Source: Chrysomallon squamiferum
Lineage: Eukaryota; Animalia; Mollusca
Length of the DNA: 64,000 nt
NCBI GenBank assembly: GCA_012295275.1
Contig: CM022665.1
Coordinates: 4,216,001 to 4,280,000, forward strand
Direction of reading: 5' to 3'
The position numbers were made by a program, and so were the translations under genes. The notes beneath the pieces were generated by a model, which was not told where the DNA came from, made no database searches, and saw only the letters and a list, made by a program, of their open reading frames with translations. Positions 50,301 to 64,000 of this stretch are shown here, one piece after another (the stretch's first letter is position 1; every line of letters begins with the position of its first letter).

Positions 50301-52107
50301 TGAATACAGTACACAGGTTACAGCCTGCTTCAAAAATGAACACAGCAGTAATTAACAGAAAGGAAGCAAAATAGCATAAATCATCATCTTCTTTTCAACT
50401 TCTGGTACTTGCATACCATGGCCTTTTATTGTCTGCATCTTTTTCTCTGTTTTGTTTAGAATAGATATGAAAGAATAGAACAGAACAATACTTCAATTTT
50501 TTAGACTTACAGGAATGTACATACCAAAGACTTTCATTGATGGGCTTGTGCTTTAATTACACAGCAAGCTGTTTTTAAGTGTACATATATGTACAGTTTA
50601 AAAAGACAATGAAAAGAAAAGTTTCAGACAATTCATAATACAGTATGTGCCAACTCTGAAAAATTGCTCTGTTTTTTTTAACTGCTGACATTTCTTACAG
50701 TTAATTAGTACTGGCACACAATAGCTGTACATTGTGTGGTGTGTGTCTTTAAATAAACACAACTTTCCTTTCTGGAGTACCTATGTGTGTTAAGTGACTT
50801 TATCTGAAGCAAACAGACAGTAGAAAATCAATTACAGGAACTGAGGATTTCAGAAAATTAGGACTCGTAGGACCACAGGAATTTATTTTGCGTAATTTGT
50901 CTATATTTTTATTTGCAATTCTATCAAAACTAGATGAACGAATAAATGCTTAACACAGCACTAGAACATTTTGTATGAATGACTGAATAATAAACTAGTG
51001 TGAATATTATTGATATTAATTTTTTTTTTTTTTATAAATATTGGAATGAACAAACATGCAGACTTCAATCCATGGATTATATTATGTATTAGATTTATAA
51101 AATTACATTATATGGCCTATGATAAATTATTTTTCATATATCCGTCAGTTACCAGAATTTAAATATATAGAAACAGTTCTGTTATGCAATTTTTTTAAAA
51201 GTAGTTTTAGGAAAAGAAAGGAATTTTAAAAAAAATGTTACAGACATTTTCATCTCATTGTTTGATGTTAAGACAATAAGTTTTGTGTTATGAATAATTT
51301 AATGCTATTATTGTTGACAGTATGTTGTCATATATTTCATCATTTGTGAATATAATTAAAAAAAATAAACAATTAATAATAATAATAATAATAATAATAA
51401 CAACAACAATAATAATAATTAATAAATAAATAAATAAAAACAAATTTAAAATATAAATGAAAAAGCAATTCTTTCTGTACATTTTCATAACATTCCAAAC
51501 AAGATTTACATAAATGACAGAATAAAAAAACTAAGATTAAAAAAAAAAAAAAGTAAATAAATACAAAAATAAATAAATGAATGAATAAATAAATAATAAA
51601 TAACAAAACGAATAAAATAAAGGAAAAAAAAAAAAAAATAAATAAATAAAAAAATTAATTAAATAAATAAATAAAAAATCATTTAATCAATATTTATAAA
51701 ACTTCAAGAAAAAAATAGCAACAACAAAACCCCCCATGAACACACAAATTAAATCAAGCTGTGTATAATGAGTTAAAGACAATCAAAGTCTCAATAAATA
51801 TAGATGCTAATTACAAATCTTTTTTTTCTTCTCAATCTGAAGTTCACTGTACTCCTCCTGCTTCCTTGTATAAATCAACATGTTGTTGTTGCCGATGTTA
51901 ATTAACCTCTCATACAAGATGTTGGCCCCTGGTGAATCTCGACATGCTCTAGAAGCCTCTGGTGAGTAGTAACATGCAGTTGTTGATAATCATATCAGGA
52001 CTGATTGAAGAAGTCCAAGACGTTTAAAGTAGACATCTTATTTTAATAGTTGTAAATTATATTCTTTTCCAAGTTCATTTTCAGTTATGAAATTTGCTCA
52101 ATTTGGA

Positions 52108-52147
<40 letters not shown>

Positions 52148-52648
52148 GGTATAGGGATTGAGATATGTGTGTGTGTGTGTTTGTGTGTGCATGTGCATGT
52201 ATGTGTGTATGTATATATGTTTGTATTTAAGTATCTGTGTATAAAAGCAAATTACAAAATCAAATCAATTATCCTGATCAAATCATTAACAACAAGCCAA
52301 CACAAACATACACTCACAAACACATATTTATATACATAAACATTTTAAGCACAGAGACCACAAAATGAGACTGAATTGTTTGCTTTATTGAATATAAACC
52401 TTTATTAGGAAGGCCACATAAACTGAAATTCATGTACGTTGTGCTTGGCATGTAAATTCACAAATTAAATTGTTTATCTGAATTAATCAGATATTGTAAG
52501 AGAGGAAATTGGTTGCAGTCAAGAATTCTGCCATTGGTTTCACATATTAAGACAAATGGCTATACTAGACTATGATTCAGATACAAACCATGACTTCTGG
52601 TTAACAAGTTGACTGTAATAAGGAGAATAAACTAACTTTAAAAAAAGA

Positions 52649-52698
<50 letters not shown>

Positions 52699-53508
52699 TA
52701 AAAGGGACAAAAAAGTGAAAACTACCAACAACAAAAAGCTGTAAACAAAACCTGTCTTGAAAAGATTGACATTATAAAAAACTTGTATTCATTACCAAAA
52801 CACAGGGTTAGTTTGGAAAATAACATCATGCCTTTCATATCATAGTAACTGAAAATATCTTTACAAAGATTATTAAATCTCTTAAGTAATATATGGTCAG
52901 ATATGTGCATGGAATTTCTTATGACTCCAGTTCTGTACATTAAGTGCTAATATTCAGAAACAAAATAGTGAATCTAAACACTTAATCATATGCATTAAAA
53001 ACTGAAACTAAATCTTCCAACAACAAAACTGAAGAGGAAGCTCATATATCATATTAACAGTAACCATTAGGATGCAGAATTATTTTCTTGTGAAAACACT
53101 ACAACACTGAGAAAAGATCTAGAAAGTGAGAATTCTAGATTGATTTTAGCTTATGGGATCTACTGCAGCTTACGTCAAAATGATACCAAAACCTGAGCAC
53201 AAACAAGAACATTGTCAATTATCCAAACATGATTATGTATTTGAGCCTGGTGAGTTTATGTCACCGAACATGCAGAAATAATCTCAGTGAAAGAGTGTGA
53301 CAACCTGGCAAGAGATAAGATTTTCTTGTAAAAAAGAAAGAAGAAAGACCCTTCAGATTGTTACCAGAAACACTGTCAAAATGAATAATGTTATTAAAAA
53401 GTATTTTTATTTTTTTAAATGTTAACAGAAATGTCTTGGTGAAATTTTGTATTTTTATAATTATATACATCAACATGAAGATTTGATGTAGTCAAAAAAA
53501 TATAGAAG

Positions 53509-53531
53509 TAATAATAATAATAATAATGATG

Positions 53532-53602
<71 letters not shown>

Positions 53603-53657
53603 AAGAAGAAGAAGAAGAAGAAGAAGAAGAAGAAGAAGAAGAAGAAGAAGAAGAAGA
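53509..53657. repeat. Compound microsatellite (TAA)n-(GAA)n
   Basis: Read directly from the sequence. Confidence 0.97.
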
Positions 53658-55790
53658 AAAAGACAGTGATATAAATAAAATATAGGTCAGTATTTTAGTA
53701 GTGACCTAAGCCAGTGAACTAGCAACAGGTTTCTTCTCTTTTACTATCATTACACAACAATCATATGTTTTACTGATCTGTTATTAAATATTCATTCATT
53801 CATTCATTCATTCCATAGCAACATTTTTGAAAAAAAAGAAATAAACAAATTCTATTATATTCATAGAACTTCTACAACAAAATTAAATGTTTATGACATT
53901 TCTTTTTTTCACTTATAATTCAAGTTGCCTTTTTGTCACATTTTCAACTTCACTGTTTAAAACATCTTATTGTTTATCTTCATTTCTTTTGTTCATATCA
54001 ACACCTCCTCTACAATTCAAATACAGCAAGTTGACCTTTATTCAAGTCTCAAACATTACTATCTATTTAAAACATCATTCAGTTTAGACTTTGATTTAAA
54101 TAATTTTCAAAAATCAGTAGTTAGTTTATCAGTGTGAATATGTAGGAACAGATTTGTTGTGTTTTAGCTGGTTCTTTAAAATGTGTGGATCAAAAATAGT
54201 GCGTTGATTTAATACATCAATATGCTGGGTCATGATTTTGGAAGACTGCAAGGACTTTGTCATTGTTGTGATATAACTTTTATGATATTAGTTTCATAAT
54301 AAAGCCAAAAAACAAAAACACAATATAGAAATGCATGGTATGTATGTACCCAGTGGAACAATATAAATATTAATTATACAAACCAGTGACATATCTGTTA
54401 TATACACAAAAGCAATGTTAATGTAAAAAGGAATGGTTATGTTGTAATTAAAGAATCTAAATAAGAAGGATGCACAGAGGTTTGGCTGAATAATTTCTGA
54501 CTGGTTTCAGCTCTTTGTGTCTGTAATTTTAATGATATTCAGTGTCCATAACAGCCATCATGAAATTTTATAATTTATAATTTTTTTTTTTTTTTAAAAG
54601 AGGATAATAATAATAATAATGAAAAATTAAAAATAAAATAAAATTAAATTAAATTAAACAATATCAGATTTCTGAGACCCCAAAACCTAAAAATTGAACA
54701 TAAAATTAATTCAGTGACAAATTTTCAACCTTTCTGCACTCTCTCTCGCTTTTCTATAGTCTCTGGTCATCCATTTAGTCTTTTGGCATCTGGCCAAGAG
54801 CTGACACAGTGCCATGAAGATGTCAGTTCATAAGACTTTTAATGTCTGAGTATTAAAACAGTATGTGGAATCACACTGTGAAATTGTAAATCACAATTTA
54901 GACTTACATATTAAATAGAAAGACTTAGTCTGTTTAGTCACTAGGGAATGGTTTCAGAGTGAAAATATCAGATGGTAATTAGCTAATAGTGATTGGTAAT
55001 GAGTGGTATCAGCGATTTTATTACTGAGTTCAGGCAAATAAAATAACAACAACACTAATAGTAGTAGTAGTAGTAGTACTACAATAATAGTAGTAGTAGT
55101 AGTAATATTTTTCAAACAGAGGTAGATTTATAATTACAATTAAAATGTTTAAAATAATAATAATAATAATAGTAACAAATGAAAAAATCGATATACTATT
55201 AGAAATAAAATTTATAAATATACTGTAATATACCAAGATAAACTGCAAAGGATATTGCTTGCAAAATGATGAAAAAATATCTCTTTACTTTGTTACATAT
55301 AAAAATGTATATAAACACTCATAAAAGTAATGCAATATTTTATTTTATTCAGAATATTATATAGAATCTTATAAACAATTCTTATTATATTGCTGAAGAA
55401 ATTTATGTTTATCAGCAAGGGGAAAACAAAATAAAAAACCAGAGAATGAAGTAAGTTTTGAATCTATTCTACTCAGAAGAACTGGTGAAAATTTAATTAT
55501 AAAGTTCAATTACTGCAGCTGTATAACAGTTTAATTATCACAATGAAAATTAAATTGTATTAGTTTAATTACTGGAGTTAAAATTTAATTATTGCAGCCA
55601 TGTGACAGTTTAATTATTACAGAGAAAGTTTAATTATAAAACAGAATTTACCAAATTAACATTTGCCTGCTGGACTAATTTCATGTTGCAAGTCAGCAGC
55701 CCAACAGATTTAATTTTTAAAATGTTTTAATCTGTCTTTGTCTTAGTCCTACAAGGGTGATGGTTATTTCATAACCTGAAATATTGTACA

Positions 55791-55855
55791 TAAATAACAT
55801 GTAACTACAGATGACAAAATAATTAAAAGACAGTGTTTTGGGGATGTTTCATATG
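55791..55855 (+). repeat. 65-bp dispersed direct repeat, copy 1
   Basis: 61/65 identical to 60470-60534. Confidence 0.92.
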
Positions 55856-56151
55856 TCATAAGCCAATGATCTAATCAGCAAATTTGTGCCAAAATCACTC
55901 AATTCTTGAAACAAAAATCTATATTAACTCAATTTAATTAGACAAAAACTGCTCGAAAAGAATTTTAAGCTTTAGAATGAGCAAAAAAAAAGGAAAAAAA
56001 AAAAAAGGAAAGAAAAAAAAGAAGTAATGTTTATATAATTATTCCATATTGAGATCTGCCAAAGTTTTTCAGTGAGAAAGAAAATGTCTCTCATTAATCA
56101 GGCAATTTTCACCAAATTGCTGAAGAGAGTTTTGCTGAAGCTTTACAATTA

Positions 56152-56191
<40 letters not shown>

Positions 56192-56270
56192 TTTATTAAA
56201 CAAGTCACTTTTTCACCCCCAAATTTTGAATTATAGAATATTACAGAATATTTTTTTTTTTTTTATTATT

Positions 56271-56305
<35 letters not shown>

Positions 56306-59300
56306 ATAAAAAAAATAATAATAATACTAATTAAAAAATGTTTATACAACAAGTAAACATTTTAATCAAAACTTTGTTGAACTTCACAATCAGAAAAAAG
56401 AAAGTAAATCATTCATACAAGATGGTCTTTGATTGAACGTTTGGGATATGCAATTAATTGTGTGAACAAGAATTTACTCTAAGGATTTCTTCAGCTAATG
56501 CAGCCCTACTTAGAGCACAAACTGGCCAATCAAAAACATGTTGACTTTAGCATGTCCCATTGTACATGAGGCTAATTAAGAGTCACTGAACTGGACATGA
56601 CCATTAGTAAATAACATTACAAACTTGAGGCCTTTCAGCAAATTGTTTTTCACATCCATGCTGGACTCCAGTATGATCAAAAGTGAAAAAAAATGTCTCC
56701 AAAGACCTTAGAAAAGCAGGAATGAATTGGCAAGTCATCGATTGCATCTGCATTTATTAGTCTGTGATAAATCTTCCTGATGTGTGTCTGATAAGAACTA
56801 CTCTACTTTCATTCTGAGCAATCACAAACATTTTCTAGTCATAACACACTAATCGTGCTGAACAATCACTAGGTAATATATGAAACACATATAAAGCTGT
56901 TTCACATAAAATGATAAGATACTGCTGTAATAAAATGTTATTAATATGGTTAGTTGGTACATTACAAACAGAAGACTAAACCGTAGTTTTGCTGTTTTGA
57001 TTTTGTGTATCATAATTACACGAATAACAAAAATAAAGAGCTCTAAGTTGAAAACAGCAAAAGTATAAATAATTAGCAAAACATAAAAATAAATCTAACT
57101 GAATATTTGAATGGATGGATGGACAGAAGTATGTATGCATGCCTGTATATAACTACACTCAGTAAAATAGTACATGCATTTCTTTTTTCCCATTCCTGAC
57201 ACCTGTCATCCCATCCAACATTTTCAGTTTGTCATCTTCCACACACAGAGCTTATACTCAGAATGTGTCTACAAATCAAACAGCTTGTCATCACAAATAC
57301 CCATTGACATCACAGTGAACCTATAATTATCCATTAGTGATATGAAGTAGCCATAAAGTAGATATGAAGTAGACTTAGATTAGGTATGTGGTAGGTATGG
57401 AATATAATAAGAACATATTTGACCTCAGTTATCAGAGGCATTTTTTCTTGACTATACAGGTTTTAGAGTAATAGGCAATTCCTTGAACACTATTAAAACC
57501 ACCATCAGTGTAATCCACCTAGATCAGTCCATTTTAGCAATTACCACAGCAAATATAACATGAGTGCCATTACAAAATGAATGTCAAACACTGACAAGAT
57601 ATTTTTGGAAGAAATAAAGAATAATAATAAGAAAAACGTTTATCAAATCCCTTTGTTTAAATTTTGTAAATGAAAGGTAATTCTATAATCTTCTGAATAT
57701 GCTTTTCACTGTTGCCTAATTAACAAAAATATATCAAGAAATTCATAATTTATTTTAAAAAGAACAGCTAATAATTAAAGCTAATAACAATTTAGAATTA
57801 AATGGAATTCTGCCTAATGCACAGATTAATTGACAGCTATCAAAACATCTTTGAGAGATAAAGCTTTAACACTGAACAGAAATAAATAATAAAAAATAGA
57901 AACAAAGTTAAAAAAAATAAAAATAAAAATAAATAAATAAATAAAATAACATAACATAACAAAAAGGATAATATCCTTATATCAGAACAGGACAATATCA
58001 TTTTTATTTCTTTTTAATTTAAAATAAATTAATCAATCAATCAATTTACTGTAATGTAACACCCCAACACTTACTAACTACAAAAATGAACCTCATAATT
58101 AACTTCTTTATGGGATCATCAATCTTGTGGGCATCTGACTACTTTCCTTCAGTGTATTATGTTATTAGCACCACACATCACACACTTTTATCATTTTTCT
58201 CAGCAAACTGAGGAAATCAATAGAACTCATAGTGTTCTTGTATACTACGCACTTTACATTTACTTCTAGTTTAGTTACAACATCCACAAACATGACCACT
58301 CTTTTGTCAGTGATTATCAATAATTGGTAATTGATTTTGTTTGTTGAGTAAAAGAAAAAAAATGATAGAGAAAAAGTAAGAATAAACCAAAATAAATAAA
58401 TACAAAACAACCTTTGCAAAACCCCAAATACTGAAAAAACATTTTAAGGTTTGTGCAGATAATGAATAAAACAGATCATTTATACACACACACACATGTG
58501 TGTGTGTGTGTGTGTGAAAATGACAATAAAAAATAAGCCAAAAATAAACAACATTAAAAGCACCATTAAGCACATATTAGAAAAATAAATGTTGATTGCA
58601 CTATGTTATGAATGTGAATCAAGAAATACATCTTAACATCTGTTGCTAATTTTTCTATATGATCATTAAACTTGTCAATGGAAGTGGAAAAAGAATAAAT
58701 AATTTTATTTCTTTGCATCAAGATATATTTTATAATCTGTTCTTCATTACTTCTATAAAAGCCATCAAACATGTACCACAGACCAATAAAAGTCAAAACT
58801 GGACAATGGCTTTGTCAAAAGAAAAAAAATAACTATATTTGTACACAACAAGATAATAATTAACAAAATGAGAATGTTAGTGTTTATAACTATTAATTAA
58901 TTATTTCATCGTATTCTCGATCAGGATAAGTAATTACATTCAGTACTTTGCTGTTTAGTAATTGCTGTTGTACTCAGTACTTTCTGCTTTGTTGTTCTCA
59001 GTAATTGCTATGGAGATGAAGTTCCTGGCACATTATATTCTGTTTTAAGCATAGAGAATTTCTACAACCTGGTGATCATTCACTGCTATCTCGTGGCGTG
59101 ACAGTGGATCGAAATTATGAAATAATCAACAAATATTTTGTTCTGTAGACACTGTACACAAAGAAGCAGAATTGTGTAGAGAATATAGATCAGAATTAAG
59201 CCACAGATGTGTAGTAATTGCAATGTCAAACAGAAAGTGGTCAGTTATATACGGTAGCATACAGACTTATCATGATTTATCATTTCTTCTTTATCATTTC

Positions 59301-59329
59301 TGTTAAGAACACATTTTAGTATTTTATTA

Positions 59330-59343
59330 TATGTATGTGTATA

Positions 59344-59410
<67 letters not shown>

Positions 59411-59420
59411 CTGTTTGTGT

Positions 59421-59469
<49 letters not shown>

Positions 59470-59485
59470 GTGTTTGTGTGTGTAT
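59330..59485. repeat. Imperfect (TG)n microsatellite
   Basis: Read directly; source of the HT/CV pseudo-ORFs. Confidence 0.97.
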
Positions 59486-60469
59486 GCCACAGAACTACAT
59501 TAAAGATCTGACTTAACAGAAAGCAAACACAGTCTGGCAAATTGCATCATTGATATTAAAGATTTTCCAGCATCTTATAACTTTCTTTTTATGATAATTA
59601 TATATCTGAGCAGGAGATAAATATTAGCACAGACAGTACTAATTCACTTTACTGACTAAACAAGACTGAAAACGTAAGTGTGGTGATAACCACTGCAATC
59701 ATGATTGCCAACTGGAGCAGCTGTAATGATATTCTTTTATTTAAAAACCCCCAACAATTTCACACTTTCACTAATGATAGAAACTGAAATATAAAAATGT
59801 CTGAAAAATATTTAAATATTCTTGGAAAGGAAAAAAGGTATCAATGACATCCTGAATAATTCATTGAATAATAATGTTATATTCACTATACACGTCAGTT
59901 CATTTCTGTGTAAATAAAATCCACAGAAAATCCATGATATATATTTCAATATATAATACATCAGGATGACATTAATGTACTTGCTTTGCTTTCTGTTTCA
60001 GAATTTACAAATGGTTTAAGTACTTAATATTTTCCACTGAAGAACTGATTCATCTGTGATGGCTGGTTTTATTGTGTAACAAATTAATTTCCTAAGATGA
60101 TTAAATAGCAATGGTCAATAAAATTTTAATGTGGGCATAATGGAAAGTTTTATAAGCTAATAATTTATACTAGATGAAGAACAGACCAGAGAATCTATCC
60201 CACTCAGTGTGTCAACTGGGCTTTTCTCCCATTCTACCCAGTGTCTCTCCATTATTTTATCAAATGTTATGGTATTTATGGAAAGATGTGTATAAAAAGT
60301 CCTTGCTGATAAATGACCAATATTCAGTTAATGGTGGGTTGCCTTTCTTTTATTTATCAATATGCAAAAATCATAAGTTAGACAGCTAAAAGTTATTAAA
60401 ACAAATCTTAATTCATTTATTTATCTGTCATGTGATAAAGCCATGCTTACAACAAATAATATTACTTAA

Positions 60470-60534
60470 TAAATAACATGTAACTACAGATGACAAAATA
60501 ATTAAAAGGCAGTGTTTTTGGAATGATTCATATG
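60470..60534 (+). repeat. 65-bp dispersed direct repeat, copy 2
   Basis: 61/65 identical to 55791-55855. Confidence 0.92.
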
Positions 60535-60608
60535 CTTAATGTATACAAAAATATTATTTCTTCTGTTGTATATGAGCTTGAATTCTGCCAGCTTGCCCCC
60601 ACCCTTTC

Positions 60609-60639
<31 letters not shown>

Positions 60640-61129
60640 AAGTAAAAGAATATCTAAATAACAACAAATGTCAAAGGGAGACAGTCAAACAAGGGAAATA
60701 ATCCACATAAAGGCCATTCCTATTTTTTCTCTGTTTTTTGGAGTTTTTTTGTTTTGACTATTGAACAAGTAAAAAAAGAAGAAATATCACCACATAAAAT
60801 AATTAAGTTCACATCACATCTGCTTTTTTTCTTAACAAGCTGACATTTGAAAAACTTGTATAAAGACAGAAAATTTCCTATTTTTTCCACATTTCGGTAA
60901 GTCCCCTAGGACTGCTGACATTTAAAACTAGTCCCAGTAGGAAGTTTTTCGCAATCATAAGTGTTCATGATCTAGCTGTTGCTGCATTTTACAGGGTTAC
61001 AGATGACGTTCTGCATGCAACAAGACTCAAGCTATGTCTTCTTTAATTACGAGTTAGTGAATCAATAAGAACATTCCACAAATGAAATCACATTAACCGA
61101 TAAATGTAAATTACTGTGTTATTCAGTAT

Positions 61130-61700
61130 TACACTCTGTTAAATACAGACATCATATATGATAGTGTAGTTACACAACGATGTTTAATACAAAGTTCTAT
61201 AACACAGAAGCATGTCCTATGATAATGTGATACATTAATATGTTTATTTAATACAAAGATCTGTAAAATAACAGGCAGGATGTATATAGTGGTTTTATAC
61301 ATGGGCCTATAACACAGCAGGTGCAGAAATATATGTCTGTGTTTAACTATTATTATACAGTTTTATGCTTTATTAACATAACTTTACCTAAAACAGTAAA
61401 ATACTGATATGCTATTTAATATGTTTATTTAATACAAAGTTCTGTAACATAACAGGCAGGATCTACGTCTGTATTTAACTATTAAATGCTATTCTGTATT
61501 ATTAAATGTTATTGACATTATGATGTATTACATAATAAGCAAGACATATGACAATATAATATACTGTTATTTTATTTAATATTTAAAGCAGATGATCTTG
61601 TTCAGACAGGATAACAATGTAATGTACACTATTATTCTATTTAATATGATATCCACTCTGTAACAAGCAGTATATATGGCAGTTTAATACAACACAAATC
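61130..61700. repeat. Degenerate tandem repeat region
   Basis: 47-bp block at 61235-61281 repeated at 61416-61462 with 2 mismatches; further decayed TTTAATACAAAG.TCT.TAACA units. Confidence 0.75.
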
Positions 61701-62030
61701 TTTGCATTTCTTAATCAATCTGCTAGATTATAGTTATATATTTAATATGAATTAAATAACAGATCTTACTATACTGGTAATATACTTACTGGGTATAAAA
61801 ATGTGATTCATTCCATTAATTATTTTTTTATTTTTTATTTTTTTCCCCTGTAGATCACAACACTCATACAACACTTAGATAAACTATGAACTGTTTGGAG
61901 AAGGTAATAGTAAATGGGAATTGACTCTATCACCCATCATGTCAATGTTCTTACTTTTGAGATGTAGTCTGCTTCTGTACTGGACTGAAAAAAGTCTTCA
62001 TAATAAAAATAATAATAATAATAATAGTAA

Positions 62031-62074
<44 letters not shown>

Positions 62075-63537
62075 ATAATAATTTATAAAAATAATAATGA
62101 TAATGACAATGATAACAACAACAACAACAGCAATAATAATATGTAAAATTATAAACAGTTTCAGAGACTTTTTCTACATTAGTAATCATTTTAAGCATAA
62201 CCTATGTAATAAAGCCCTTTTATGTATAAAAATAATAACACCCATTTTGATCAAGGATTAAAAGGAACCTAATGATCTTTGCCATTAATGATTTCATAAA
62301 GCCTGGTTTCTTTCAAAGTTTTAATATATAAAAAAAACCAACATTTCAATTCATCATTGATTAAAAGAAAACTACAGTCTCAATCCATGACAGATGAACT
62401 TCAATTTCCTAAAACCTCCAACAGTATTCTTAAACAAACAGTTCCTTTCCTTCCCCTCTTTATTTATTTATCATTATCACACACAGATAAACAACTTCTG
62501 TGTTTCTTTTTAATTAATACCAGGAATTAAACTGATAAAAGAAAAACGACATCTCATCCCCCAAAAAAGAAATATAAATAAAAATAAAATAAAATAAAAC
62601 AACCAAAAATAAAAACAAAACAACCTGGAATTAAACTGATGAAAGAAATTTATTTTTGTTTTCCCCCCTAATTACTGGATCACTGCATTAAAAGAGATCA
62701 AATTTTAACTTGGAGACAGCAATGAACTGGTTGTCAGAGGTGTCAAATGACAACATTCCCCTCCATTTTAGTGCTCTGAAAAGTAATTACCCTGGCAAAG
62801 CTGAGCAAGAATTGGCTGTTGTAGAAGCAGAAAGACAATTATTAACAACAGCTGAGCAATCATTTGTGAAATAATGAAAGCTTTCCGTCACAAATTACAC
62901 ACATGTTCTTGGACAAAGTAGGAAAAAAGAAATGTTTAATCACCTGTGTAACTGAGATCTGTGTCATCAGAATTTGAGATACAAAATAAAATATAGAAAT
63001 AAGAAAACGAAAATGAAAAGATTTAGACAGGGTTATGTCATAATCTATACTCAGAACAGCTGCATTTGGCAACATCATTATATTTATTTTGCTAGATTAT
63101 GTTTGAGGTTTCTGTTTTTGGTCACAAACTCATTTTATCTTGAAAGTTTATCGAGAATTTTAGTATTTTCTGAAATCATGGTATTTGCCACCGTGTAGGT
63201 TATCTTTTTATGATGGAAGGTTGATTAGTTATGATCTGAAAAAAGAATCTGAAAGTGGTAATCAAAACACGAATAACTCCAAAAAGCAAAGCCAAAAAAA
63301 AAAAAAAAAATAAAAATAATAATTAAAAAAAAAAAAAAAAATTTTTTTTTTAGTGTAAAAAAAGAAACCCAGAAATTTTATAGTGATATTTTACTAAGGA
63401 AGGAGGAATTTTAAAAACTTTTTGAAAATTTTTGGAAAATTAAAATGAAAAAATAACCATATAGGTTCAGCTTATTTTCTTACTGCAAGGTATCCTTTTC
63501 AGGTTTAGTGATATTCCAGACGTTAGGGAAAAAAAAG

Positions 63538-63572
<35 letters not shown>

Positions 63573-63722
63573 AAAATAGAAAAAAGAAAATTAAACATAA
63601 AAAAAAAAAAAAAGAAAATTAATGAGAAAAAAAGAGATAATCAACACATTTTGATTCTCCTGTTATGTAAAATGTCAGTATAACATTTGAAAATTCTTTC
63701 TGTATTTGTTTCATTATTTCAC

Positions 63723-63725
<3 letters not shown>

Positions 63726-63799
<74 letters not shown>
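63726..63799. repeat. (GA)n microsatellite
   Basis: Read directly from the sequence. Confidence 0.97.
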
Positions 63800-63800
<1 letters not shown>

Positions 63801-64000
63801 AGTAAGGGAAAAAAGATGGGTACTGGCACAAGTTTTATTCTTTTTCAGAACAGAAACAGGTTACAGATTCTTTTAAATAGGTGCACTGAATATTGGTTGA
63901 CTACTGGAATAATCAATTTTCACCTAGTTGTTTCTAAATACTTTTTTTTTTTTTTTTTTTTGTGAAATTATTGATCCACACATTGTGAAAACATCATTAT

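Noticed and set aside
53174-53192. 19-nt minus-strand exon-like segment (CTCAG...GAC|GTAAGC)
   Set aside because: Length is not a multiple of 3 and no compatible partner exon was identified.

Overview
Very AT-rich, microsatellite-dense eukaryotic (animal) genomic DNA. The protein sequences and repeat types suggest an invertebrate, probably a mollusc or other lophotrochozoan (inference only). I assembled three spliced genes by hand with consistent GT-AG sites and phases. AMN1 (minus, 7 exons, 266-4108, 267 aa, complete) lies head-to-head with ARFGAP2/3 (plus, 12 exons, 5032-17498, 550 aa, complete). Synaptotagmin-7 (minus, 5 exons at 26685-41787: linker, C2A, C2B) converges on ARFGAP; its N-terminal transmembrane exon(s) were not found. 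Most ORF-track entries are microsatellite artefacts. There is no prokaryotic, CRISPR or tRNA/rRNA content. The most interesting signal is a set of candidate alternative microexons absent from the ORF track. Syt7 has three in-frame linker candidates (30, 33 and 24 nt), a possible truncating exon and a possible recursive splice site. ARFGAP has a 33-nt in-frame cassette and a 28-nt stop-containing exon that would swap the C-terminus. All of these need RNA-seq confirmation. Several decayed DNA-transposon relics and old minisatellites are also present.
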